Position numbers and translations under genes: made by a program. From positions 576,001 to 640,000 of the forward strand of contig CAWHBU010000002.1 of the NCBI GenBank assembly GCA_963827685.1: 64,000 bases of DNA, in the 5' to 3' direction. The notes beneath the pieces were generated by a model, which did no database searches, was not told the origin of the DNA, and worked only from the letters and a program-made list of their open reading frames with translations. Of this stretch, positions 18,591 through 27,052 are shown piece by piece. This DNA comes from an uncultured delta proteobacterium (GTDB taxonomy: Bacteria > Desulfobacterota > BSN033 > UBA1163). Numbering within the stretch: position 1 is the first letter of the stretch; each line of letters begins with the position of its first letter.

Positions 18591-20537
18591 ATGGAGAATG
18601 TAGCAGGAGTTAAGAAGAAGGGCAAGAGGAAAGGAAGTCGGTATGGGAAGCGGTATGGGGTTGAGTTCAAGCTTCGGTGTGTGAAGTTACGATTAGAAGA
18701 AGGGTTACCAGTTTCTTTGTTGTCCGAGGAGGCAGGAGCCAGTAAAGATGTCATTCGTCGTTGGGTGAAGGCATATCAGGAACGGGGAGAAGCGGGGTTA
18801 CGGAATCGTATTATATCCTCGGGGAGACGACGGAAGCTTCCCGGACCAGTACGCGAGAAGATCGTCGAGATCAAGAAGCGTGAGCCTCTCTTTGGTGTCA
18901 AGCGGATTTCCCATCTTTTAAAGCGTGCGTTCTTCCTCAGCGCGAGCCCGGAGACAGTCCGTCGGACGCTGCGGGCAGAATCGTTGATTGTTCCTTCCAG
19001 AAAGAAACACCATCGCAACATCACCCGTCCTCGGTTTTTTGAGCGGTCGACACCGAATCAATTGTGGCAGTCGGACATCTTCACCTTTCGCCTGGGGGGT
19101 CGGTATGCCTATTTGATCGGGTTTATCGACGATTACTCGCGGTACATGGCGGGTTTGGAGTTATACCGGAGCCAGACGGCGGATCAGGTACTGGAGGTGT
19201 ATCGTCGGGCAGTTGGGGAGTATGGGGTACCGAAGGAGGTGTTGACAGATCGGGGACGGCAATATACGAACTGGCGGGGATCGACTCGGTTTGAGCGGGA
19301 GTTACGGAAGGACCGAGTCAGACACATTAAGTCCCAGGCCCATCATCCGATGACGCTGGGGAAGGTGGAGCGGTTTTGGAAGACGATCTATGAGGAGTTT
19401 TTGGTACGGGCGCAGTTTGGGAGTTTTGAGGAGGCGAGAGAGAGGATTCGGCAGTGGGTGCAGTATTACAATTACAAGCGGCCTCACCAGGGGATTGGAG
19501 GGCTGTGTCCTGCGGATCGGTACTTTGAGATCCAGGCAGAGCTGCGAAAGACGATGGAGCAAGGGATCGCAGAGAATGTGCTGGAGATGGCCTTGCGGGG
19601 GAAGCCGCGGGAGCCGTTTTACATGGTAGGGCGGATGGAGGGGCAGTCGGTGGTCTTACGGGCGGAGAAGGGAAAGCTGCGTTTGATGGTGGATGATGAA
19701 GAGGGCGGTGGAAAGCAGGAGATGATCTATGAAGTTGGCGCCAAAGGAGAAGAGAAAGATCGTTCTATTAAGAGGGAGGAGAGCGATGGACAAGGTAGAG
19801 AAGCCGAAGGTAGAGAGGTCAGGGATAGAGGACAAGAGAGGGAGGAAGGTTTCGGGGCACACGGCGGAGGAGAAGTGCCGGGCGGTGTTGTCGGTATGGA
19901 CGGAGAGACGCAAACCCGGAGAGGTTTGCCAGGAGTTGGGAGTCGCGTGGAGTTTATTGAACCAGTGGCAGGAGCGGGCGATGGAGGGGATGCTCTTGGC
20001 ATTGCAGTCACGGGTTGCGGTGATGGAGAAGAGAGTGGCATTGAACTCGCGTCTTGCGGTATTGTTGGAGCGGAAGAGCAAGGGAGGAGCGATGAAAGGA
20101 TTGGAGCGGCGTTTGGCGAGACTGCAGGGAAGTCCGGTGGCCAAGCCAGGAGAGTTGAAGGAGGTTGGGGCAGAGAAGAAGGTCTGACAATCTACAGGGA
20201 GATTTTGGATGGAGGAAAGGAAACGGCGGCACGAGAGGGAGAAGGAACAGAAACTTGCACGGGAGCGGGCGCTGGTGATTCTCCAGGTGCGCAGTGGAGC
20301 CTTAACTGCAAAGGAGGGAGCGCAGCGGCTGGGGGTGTCGCGCAAGACGTATTACGAGTGGGAGGAGAAGTCGCTCAAAGCCATGGCCCTGGCGTTGGAG
20401 AATCATCCTGCGGGAAGACCGCCTGTGCCTGTGGACGAAGAGAAGGAGACGCTTCTGGAGCGGATCCAGGAATTGGAGAAGAAGCTGGATGTCGCGAAGC
20501 AGACCACCAAGGTGAAAGAGTTCCTGGGGGTGTATGA
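18591..20537 (+). CDS. IS481/IS3-like DDE transposase (HTH + integrase core) with long Gly/Glu-rich tail
   Basis: PNQLWQSDIF, FIDDYSR, LTDRGRQY, GKVERFWKT, YNYKRPHQGI. Confidence 0.9.
   Translation: MENVAGVKKKGKRKGSRYGKRYGVEFKLRCVKLRLEEGLPVSLLSEEAGASKDVIRRWVKAYQERGEAGLRNRIISSGRRRKLPGPVREKIVEIKKREPLFGVKRISHLLKRAFFLSASPETVRRTLRAESLIVPSRKKHHRNITRPRFFERSTPNQLWQSDIFTFRLGGRYAYLIGFIDDYSRYMAGLELYRSQTADQVLEVYRRAVGEYGVPKEVLTDRGRQYTNWRGSTRFERELRKDRVRHIKSQAHHPMTLGKVERFWKTIYEEFLVRAQFGSFEEARERIRQWVQYYNYKRPHQGIGGLCPADRYFEIQAELRKTMEQGIAENVLEMALRGKPREPFYMVGRMEGQSVVLRAEKGKLRLMVDDEEGGGKQEMIYEVGAKGEEKDRSIKREESDGQGREAEGREVRDRGQEREEGFGAHGGGEVPGGVVGMDGETQTRRGLPGVGSRVEFIEPVAGAGDGGDALGIAVTGCGDGEESGIELASCGIVGAEEQGRSDERIGAAFGETAGKSGGQARRVEGGWGREEGLTIYREILDGGKETAAREGEGTETCTGAGAGDSPGAQWSLNCKGGSAAAGGVAQDVLRVGGEVAQSHGPGVGESSCGKTACACGRREGDASGADPGIGEEAGCREADHQGERVPGGV
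19786..20187 (+). CDS. Small HTH protein (IS3 OrfA-like), overlapping the transposase tail in another frame
   Basis: RBS GAGGGAG; HTAEEKCRAVLSVW...EVCQELGVAWSLLNQW. Confidence 0.75.
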   Translation: MDKVEKPKVERSGIEDKRGRKVSGHTAEEKCRAVLSVWTERRKPGEVCQELGVAWSLLNQWQERAMEGMLLALQSRVAVMEKRVALNSRLAVLLERKSKGGAMKGLERRLARLQGSPVAKPGELKEVGAEKKV

Positions 20538-20577
20538 GGAGTTTCGGGACCGCGGCGGCGCTAAAAAAAAACAATAG
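20209..20577 (+). CDS. HTH + coiled-coil protein (OrfA), ending in an A9 slippery site
   Basis: TAKEGAQRLGVSRKTYYEWE, leucine-zipper-like segment; A9 at 20563-20571. Confidence 0.8.
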   Translation: MEERKRRHEREKEQKLARERALVILQVRSGALTAKEGAQRLGVSRKTYYEWEEKSLKAMALALENHPAGRPPVPVDEEKETLLERIQELEKKLDVAKQTTKVKEFLGVYEEFRDRGGAKKKQ

Positions 20578-20621
20578 ATCGGCAAGAAGCGATCAGAAAG
20601 GTTGTAGAGACGATTGAGAGT

Positions 20622-21659
20622 ATGAAGGAACGGACAGGGATGCCTTATGGGATGATTTGCAAGACGCTTCAGCTCCCTTTAGCGAGTTTTAACCGGTGGC
20701 GCTTCAGGATCAAGGAAAACGTTGTTTTAATCAATCGTCCGGGTCCGAAGAAGGTACAACCGTTTGATCCTTCGGTTCTTGACACGGAGGTTCAATCGTT
20801 AGATCATGGGGTGAAGCGGAGTGTAGGAACAACCGGCTTATATCAACGGTACCGGTTTAGTGTGTCACGGCGGGAGCTGGGGCGAATGGTGGAGCGGGTA
20901 CGGCACGACCTGGAGTCGGATCGCCGTGCCCATCTTCGCTGGATCGAATGGCTGACGCCAGGGGTAGTGTGGGCTATGGACTTCACGGCATATGACCTGG
21001 GGATAGCCGGTAAAATCTATTTGCACAATACGCAGGATCTGGGCTCGCGGTACAAGTTTTTGCCGATGGCCGGAGAGTATCCGGTTGGAGAAGAGGTGGC
21101 TGGATATCTGAGCGAGAAGTTTGATCGGTATGGCACGCCTCTGGTGTTGAAGCGGGATAATGAAGGGAATATGAACCACACCGCCATCAACGATGTATTA
21201 GCCGAATCATTTGTTCTACCTTTGAACAATCCGGAGTATTATGCACCCTACAATGGAGCAATCGAAGAGTCACAACGAGAGGTGAAGACAACTCTACGGA
21301 AGAAAATTATGTTGGGTTTGCATGGCTACCGGGATCATATCGCTGCGTATGCGGAAGCTGCGGTCAATGATCTGAACCATCGGATCCGGCCTTGCCTGAA
21401 TGGGAAGACATCCTGTCAGGCATTCTTTGAATCTGGCAACAGACCGGCTTTTACGAAACGGCAAAGGAGGGGAATCTATGATTGGGTAATGGAAAGGGTG
21501 GAAAGGATTTTGTTGGCAATGAATCAATCTGGACTGGCTGTCAGAGAATCAGCCTGGAGGATCGCGGTGGAATCCTGGCTCCAATCCAGTGGACATATCA
21601 GGGTTCACATCAATAAAAAGTGTCACCCAATTTTACCCCTTTTTTTAGCTCATGAATAG
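20622..21659 (+). CDS. Second DDE integrase-core protein (OrfB), probably fused to 20209-20577 by a -1 frameshift
   Basis: VWAMDFT, QDLGSRY, KRDNEG, NGAIEE, LNHRIRP. The -1 frame is open from the A9 run to the ATG. The stop lies inside the right TIR. Confidence 0.85.
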   Translation: MKERTGMPYGMICKTLQLPLASFNRWRFRIKENVVLINRPGPKKVQPFDPSVLDTEVQSLDHGVKRSVGTTGLYQRYRFSVSRRELGRMVERVRHDLESDRRAHLRWIEWLTPGVVWAMDFTAYDLGIAGKIYLHNTQDLGSRYKFLPMAGEYPVGEEVAGYLSEKFDRYGTPLVLKRDNEGNMNHTAINDVLAESFVLPLNNPEYYAPYNGAIEESQREVKTTLRKKIMLGLHGYRDHIAAYAEAAVNDLNHRIRPCLNGKTSCQAFFESGNRPAFTKRQRRGIYDWVMERVERILLAMNQSGLAVRESAWRIAVESWLQSSGHIRVHINKKCHPILPLFLAHE

Positions 21660-21675
21660 GTAGCGTGTACGGTGA

Positions 21676-21728
21676 GCTTGAGCTAAGTGGTGGGCGCTTT
21701 GCCCATCCACTTGAGCGACTTGTTCAGC
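21676..21728 (-). other. Main body of an interrupted attC (its R' box is displaced to 18193-18199)
   Basis: GCTAAGTGG/CCACTT[G]AGC arms with an extra base, then GCGACTTGTT as in the attC at 15326. R'' GCTGAAC pairs with the cassette start GTTCGGC at 23299. Confidence 0.85.
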
Positions 21729-21732
21729 ACTA

Positions 21733-22850
21733 GTATCTACTTGACATAATAAGCGTAATATGCTAACTTTCCTGTATTATGAGCAGGAAAGCAAAAGAAA
21801 TCACGTTGGAGCCCGAGCAACGGGCTGAGTTGGATCGATTGGTTCGAACCCATACCACTCCCAAGCGTATGGCGGAGAGGGCGCAAATTATTCTCTGGGG
21901 TGCTGAAGGGCAGAGTAACACGGAGATTGCCAAAAGGCTGAGGACTCGTGTTGCACGCGTTTGCAAATGGCGTAGCCGTTTCGTCAGAGAAGGGTTGGCA
22001 GGTTTGCTTGATGAACCGCGCCCCGGGCAGCCACGTAAGTACACCGCAGAGACCGAACACACAATTCTGCGCAAGATCGATGAAGCTCCTCCGAAGGGAT
22101 ATGCCCAGTGGAACGGAAGGCTTCTGGGGGAGAGGACGAGCATCCCGGATTATGAAGTGTGGGCGGTGTTGCGCAAGTATGGGATTAGCCTTCAGAGACG
22201 GCGCAGTTGGTGTATTTCGACGGACCCTGAATTTGCACGGAAGTCCGCTGATATTGTTGGGCTTTACCTGGATCCTCCTGAGAACGCCATGGTGGTATGC
22301 ATGGATGAGAAGCCAGCCATTCAGGCGTTGGAACGGGCTCAGGGGTGGCTTAAACTGCCCAATGGCAAGGCGCTGACGGGAGCCAACCATGAGTATAGAC
22401 GGCATGGAACGAGTACCCTCTTTGCAGCCTTGAATGTGGCCACGGGACAAGTGAAGGCGGGCCATTACGGCCGCCGTTGTCGCCGGGAGTTTCTGGATTT
22501 TATGAACGAGATCGTTGCCGAACATCCGGACGAGGAAATCCATGTGATTATGGACAATTTGAAGACTCATCGACCGAAGAGGGATCATTGGATTAAACGC
22601 CATCCGAAGGTTCATTTTCATTTTACGCCCACACATGCTTCCTGGCTGAACCAGATCGAAATCTGGTTCAGTCTTCTGAGCCGCTATGCCTTGAGGGGCG
22701 CCTCCTTTACAAGCGTCCGACAGTTGCGCCAGGCGATCGATGAGTTTATTTCCGTCCATAACGAAAAGGCAGCCCCGTTTGAATGGACCAAGCGTTATGT
22801 CAAATCAGTTCACCCTAAAAATAAGTACGCTTATTTATATAATTAGATAC
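21733..22850 (+). mobile_element. IS630-family insertion sequence
   Basis: TIR GTATCTA...AATAAGCGTA at both ends; TA duplication within CTAG (21731-21732, 22851-22852). Confidence 0.92.
21779..22846 (+). CDS. IS630 transposase
   Basis: N-terminal HTH; MDEK, YRRHGT, IMDN, SWLNQIEIWF, PFEW. Confidence 0.95.
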   Translation: MSRKAKEITLEPEQRAELDRLVRTHTTPKRMAERAQIILWGAEGQSNTEIAKRLRTRVARVCKWRSRFVREGLAGLLDEPRPGQPRKYTAETEHTILRKIDEAPPKGYAQWNGRLLGERTSIPDYEVWAVLRKYGISLQRRRSWCISTDPEFARKSADIVGLYLDPPENAMVVCMDEKPAIQALERAQGWLKLPNGKALTGANHEYRRHGTSTLFAALNVATGQVKAGHYGRRCRREFLDFMNEIVAEHPDEEIHVIMDNLKTHRPKRDHWIKRHPKVHFHFTPTHASWLNQIEIWFSLLSRYALRGASFTSVRQLRQAIDEFISVHNEKAAPFEWTKRYVKSVHPKNKYAYLYN

Positions 22851-22855
22851 TAGTA

Positions 22856-23290
22856 TTATGTCCATGCCCCTGGAGATAAAGTTTTTGGTTTGTAGTTTGG
22901 ATTTGAGAAAGATTTGCAACATTCATTCCGTTTACATCTCCAACCCGATTCATCTTCTTGGAGCGGAGATTCTATGTTTGACATTAAGCATGAGCTGCAA
23001 AATGGCTCTCCTGATTTTTTATGAAAGAAAATTCCAAGCCGTTTATCGAAGCGGTAATGGCGACGTTTATTGCGAGTGAGGAGAATATAGAAAAGTGCTC
23101 CAGATAACGCCAGAAATTGTACCAGTATTATTGCAAGTAACCCTGTTTTGGATAGTTCGGGCAACACTTTTTGAAGGAATGGAAGGGAAATCTCTTTCCA
23201 CACAATGGCAAGAAGGAATCCTATCACTCCTGCTATCGCTGATAATAGGAATTCCATTAATCTTTTCTGTATTATTTCTTTTATTTTCAT
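22856..23290 (-). CDS. Cassette-encoded membrane protein with Cys-rich C-terminus
   Basis: ATG directly after GTTCGGCAC; two TM helices; CSSC...CKRNECC. Confidence 0.7.
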   Translation of the reverse strand: MKIKEIIQKRLMEFLLSAIAGVIGFLLAIVWKEISLPFLQKVLPELSKTGLLAIILVQFLALSGALFYILLTRNKRRHYRFDKRLGIFFHKKSGEPFCSSCLMSNIESPLQEDESGWRCKRNECCKSFSNPNYKPKTLSPGAWT

Positions 23291-23292
23291 GT

Positions 23293-23310
23293 GCCGAACA
23301 GATATTATGC
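23293..23310 (-). other. attI-like/dif-like simple recombination site
   Basis: GCATAATATCT|GTTCGGC; the same TAATATCTGTT core occurs at 23755-23765. Confidence 0.55.
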
Positions 23311-23354
23311 CATCCTTTGTTTTTCTTTCATAGCACGCCATCTCTGGTGAAGCC

Positions 23355-23754
23355 CTATGCCTCTATGCGTGTTGGCTGCCAACGTACATAGTTACCATCG
23401 TGAGGATTGGTATGGATAAACTGATCTGTCGCCAATTGAGATAGTCTCGACGGTTCCAACCGCACAGTTGCAAACGGGTTGTGATAGACTTCGAGACCGA
23501 GGTCATCCTGTGACGTTTCTTTGAGCACGGCAACAAAACTCAGGACACGACAGGTGTTTCTCGTTACCTTGCGTCCTCCCATAAAGCCGGCTCCCAGCGT
23601 GACAATGGTACCACCTGATGGCGCAGGAATTCCGAACCTGTATCCGTAGTCCCCGAACATGGCTTTCGTTACGGTCCAACAGTCCGGACTCTGATCCGCC
23701 ACAAAGAATTACGTGTTTCAGATTAAGAATTTCTAGTATCTCTTCTCTGTTCAT
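23355..23754 (-). pseudogene. Rearranged cassette remnant: 5' stub MNREEILEIL... joined to the 3' part of another gene
   Basis: ATG lies inside GTTATGA. The frame degenerates after about 14 codons. The downstream ORF 23355-23702 lacks a clear start or RBS. Confidence 0.45.
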
Positions 23755-23769
23755 AACAGATATTAGACG
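23751..23769 (-). other. attI-like/dif-like simple recombination site
   Basis: CGTCTAATATCT|GTTATGA, preceded by an AT-rich promoter-like tract. Confidence 0.55.
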
Positions 23770-24090
23770 GAAAAATTATATTATGATATAATAATTCTGC
23801 CTATTATTACATGCTTGATTCTCGTCTAACTTGTTAAAATAAAAAAGGGTTCTATGGTGAAAATCATGGATATCCACAATTGCTCCATAGAGTCCGGCGG
23901 ATATCTGAAGAAAGCAAAGATCAATGATTTAGTGCGGGCTCTCCGGGGCATGCAGCCCCGGTGTTCCTGGAATGATAGAACATTATCAAGAAAGGATAGA
24001 GGCGTCAAGATTTTTAGATAGCCTGTTTTTAATTCCCATCCCCTGAAACAAGTCATGTCATCCAGAACTACATGGAAAATAACCCGATTA

Positions 24091-24206
24091 TCCCTCTCTC
24101 CTATGGGGGTCGGAATGGACTCGTACCGAGGAGAGGGCTGGGGTGAGGGTGCATTATCACCTTTTTTATCCCCCTCCCCTTAATCCCCTCCCGCCAGGGG
24201 AGGGGA
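24091..24206. repeat. CCCTCTC...GAGAGGG / CCCCTCCC...GGGAGGGG palindromic doublet
   Basis: Same family as 14291-14395 and 10650-10833. Confidence 0.7.
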
Positions 24207-24293
24207 GTTTTTGGGGTTTGTCTTTTTGAATGTCTATTTTTCGGTCCTTAATTTTTCTTGACTTTCATGAAAAAATTTAATAAAAGGTGACTC

Positions 24294-24974
24294 ATGATTC
24301 TACGACTCGAAGAGATCGAAAAGATAGTTTGGGAAGAGGAAAAGCTCTTCCTGATGAAACAGGTTGGGATTCTCCTGATCAAGAACAATGCAATCAAATT
24401 TGGTGACTATATCTTAGCCTCCGGGAAGAAAAGCCCTTACTATATTGATCTGAGACAAACTATTTCCAGCCCGACCACCATGGACTGGATCGCCAATTCT
24501 TTGACCCGAATCGTCCTCAATGAAATCGGGACGGGTAAGATTGACAAGATCTTAGGAGTCCCGACGGCAGGGGTTCCGTTTGCCACAGTGGTGAGTCAGA
24601 AATTGGGCATTCCCCTGATTTACTATCGACAAGCCAGGAAAGAACACGGGGTAAGGAAGAAGGTTGAGGGTATTCTGGAACGTAACGATCGGGTTCTGGT
24701 TATCGATGATTTGATCACCACGGGTGAAAGTGTGATTGAGACAGCAGAGGTGATCAGAGATCAGGGAGGTGTGGTTAACGAACTGGTCGTACTTTTGGAT
24801 CGGGAGCAAGGGGGTCAGCAGAGACTCCGATCCTCCCGGATTGAACCTCATGCCCTGTTTAAGATTTCAGATGCCATGACGTGGCTTAACAAAGTTGGTC
24901 TCATCGAAGATAAGGTCTATGAGACATTGATCAAATATATCGAAGAAGAAAGTCAGACGGCTGCAATCAGTTGA
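24294..24974 (+). CDS. pyrE: Orotate phosphoribosyltransferase
   Basis: FGDYILASGKKSPYYIDLR, RKEHG, VIDDLITTGES, LLDREQGG. Confidence 0.95.
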   Translation: MILRLEEIEKIVWEEEKLFLMKQVGILLIKNNAIKFGDYILASGKKSPYYIDLRQTISSPTTMDWIANSLTRIVLNEIGTGKIDKILGVPTAGVPFATVVSQKLGIPLIYYRQARKEHGVRKKVEGILERNDRVLVIDDLITTGESVIETAEVIRDQGGVVNELVVLLDREQGGQQRLRSSRIEPHALFKISDAMTWLNKVGLIEDKVYETLIKYIEEESQTAAIS

Positions 24975-25002
24975 TTCTGAGCTGTCAGGCAAGAAATCAA
25001 AC

Positions 25003-25142
25003 CCCAAATCCCGATTTAGAAAAGGAAACCCTTTTGCCGACATGTCATTGCGAGCACCTGAAAGGTGCGCGGCAATCTTTCTGAAGAAAGCGAGACTGCT
25101 TCGTTTCACTCGCAGAGACAGTTTCCTAAATCGGGATTTGGG
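25003..25142. repeat. 17-bp perfect inverted repeat enclosing a TGTCATTGCGAG-family element
   Basis: CCCAAATCCCGATTTAG (25003-25019) / CTAAATCGGGATTTGGG (25126-25142); inner element 25043-25120. Confidence 0.8.
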
Positions 25143-25205
25143 TTAAACGGAAGTCGGGTTATCTTAGGTTAAAAAATTTAATCGGTTTTAAAAGGCAAGT
25201 ATATT

Positions 25206-25241
25206 AATAAAAGAGGCCCCTCGCAATGGGCCTCTTTTATT
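25206..25241. terminator. Bidirectional rho-independent terminator
   Basis: AATAAAAGAGGCCC/GGGCCTCTTTTATT between convergent genes. Confidence 0.8.
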
Positions 25242-25245
25242 TATT

Positions 25246-26739
25246 TTAGGCTATCTTTTTCTGGGCTTCTGCTTTGGCATTAGCAATGGCCTCGTCCTCT
25301 TTTTTCACATCATCTAAGGTCTTTGGTTTCACCTTATCCGGCATGGGTTCCAATCCGTACTTCCACTTCAAGAAATCTTTTCCCGTCTGGGGAAATAGCG
25401 CATAAACCAGCGTGTCACAAACATCCTTCGCCAAGCCCTCTGTCTCCTTCTTCACCTTCTCCATCTCCGGCTCAATCAAATCCGCGGGCCGACACGTAAT
25501 AGGCTCCTTGCCCCTTTTATATCCTTTCAACACTAACTTCTTGATCTCATCAGAAATGGGGAGAGGAGGTTTCCCGTAAAGACCATACACGTAATTCTGC
25601 GTCTCCATCGATACCATCTTATACCGACCAAATAAAACGTTGAGCACAGCCTGAACCCCCACAATCTGGGAAGTAGGCGTCACCAGCGGAGGATAGCCCA
25701 AATCCTTGCGGGTCTGAGGAAGCTCGGCATAAACCTCATCTAGCCGATGGAGAGCCTTCTGCTGTTTGAGTTGACTCACCATGTTCGAGATCATCCCCCC
25801 GGGTATCTGATGCCTCAGCACATTCGTATCAATCACCGCCATCTTCGTCGTATCCAAGAACTCCCGATACTTGGGCGCAATGCTTTCGATATAATCCCCA
25901 AGTTTCAAGAGCTTGTCCAGATCCAACTTCGGATCCCAAGGCGTCCCCTCCAAAGCCACCACAATCGGCTCCACCGCAGGCTGTGAAGACCTCAGTGCAA
26001 AAGGAGCTAAGGCCGTATCGACAATGTCCACCCCCGCCTCAATCGCCTTAAGATAGGTCATCGATGCCATCCCACTCGTATAATGGGTATGTAGTTGAAT
26101 GGGGATTTTAATGGTCTTCTTCAAGGCCTTTACCAACTCGTAGGCATCATAGGGAGCCAGCAACCCGGCCATATCCTTGATACAGAGGGAATCCGCTCCC
26201 ATCCCCTCCAATATCTTTGCCTTCTCAATATAGTAGTTGAGATTATAAACCGGCCCCCCCATCCTCCTCTCGGTCAAAGAATAACAGATCGTCCCCTGAA
26301 CATGCTTTCCCACCCTTTTGATCACCTTAAAGGCGGTCTCAAAGTTTCGCTCATCATTGACCGCATCAAAACAGCGGAAGATGTCAATGCCTACTTCAGC
26401 TGACTTCTCGATGAAGGCCTCCACCAGGTCATCCGGATGGTTCCGGTAAGCTACCAGATTCTGACCCCGAAGAAGCATCTGAAAGGGAGTTCTGGGCATC
26501 AATTTCTTCAACACCCTCACCCTCTCCCAGGGATCTTCTCCTAAAAACCGATGGGAAACATCAAAGGTAGCTCCTCCCCACATCTCCACCGAGTAGAACC
26601 CCACCTTATCCAGTTCCTCGGCAATGGGAATCATATCCTCTGTCCTCATTCGGGTGGCTAAACTCGATTGATGCCCATCCCGAAAGGTTGTATCCGTTAT
26701 CTTTAGAGGTTTCTTCGGTATCTTGTCCATCGCTTCCAT
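25246..26739 (-). CDS. Pyruvate carboxyltransferase (OadA/PycB/transcarboxylase 5S-like), no biotinyl domain
   Basis: FRDGHQS, WGGATFD, EDPWER, IKDMAG, HTHYTSG, PLVTPTSQIVG; lacks EAMKM. Confidence 0.9.
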   Translation of the reverse strand: MEAMDKIPKKPLKITDTTFRDGHQSSLATRMRTEDMIPIAEELDKVGFYSVEMWGGATFDVSHRFLGEDPWERVRVLKKLMPRTPFQMLLRGQNLVAYRNHPDDLVEAFIEKSAEVGIDIFRCFDAVNDERNFETAFKVIKRVGKHVQGTICYSLTERRMGGPVYNLNYYIEKAKILEGMGADSLCIKDMAGLLAPYDAYELVKALKKTIKIPIQLHTHYTSGMASMTYLKAIEAGVDIVDTALAPFALRSSQPAVEPIVVALEGTPWDPKLDLDKLLKLGDYIESIAPKYREFLDTTKMAVIDTNVLRHQIPGGMISNMVSQLKQQKALHRLDEVYAELPQTRKDLGYPPLVTPTSQIVGVQAVLNVLFGRYKMVSMETQNYVYGLYGKPPLPISDEIKKLVLKGYKRGKEPITCRPADLIEPEMEKVKKETEGLAKDVCDTLVYALFPQTGKDFLKWKYGLEPMPDKVKPKTLDDVKKEDEAIANAKAEAQKKIA

Positions 26740-27052
26740 CTTCTTCCTCCTCAACGAGCCTTTTGACACAAACAGGTATGATTTTTCCAAAACCACTTGC
26801 CACGCCGTTTGCAAATCTGTTAACATATTGAGAATTTTTTTTCAAACAAAAGCTTTCAAGTCCCATCGTATCCCAGGAGAGCTCTGAAAAACTATTATAC
26901 GCTCTCTGCATTTTACATCTGTGTAATCGGTCATAATCTGCGTAATCAGAGATTTCGAGGCTTTTTTCAGAAATCTCCCCAATTTTTCTTGACAAAAAGA
27001 GTTTTTTTCATATATTTATGTCTCTAATTTATTGGCCAAGAGCTGTAACGAT

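Larger units (their letters stand above)
18520..21663 (+). mobile_element. 3.1-kb IS/transposon with 45-bp imperfect TIRs and two DDE transposase genes
   Basis: 18520-18564 vs reverse complement of 21619-21663 match at 33/45 without gaps. Higher GC than flanks. TGAGCTAA is repeated at 18512-18519 and 21679-21686. Confidence 0.85.

Noticed and set aside
21737-22759. 340-aa antisense ORF in IS630
   Set aside because: Exact antisense of the transposase with no motifs or RBS.
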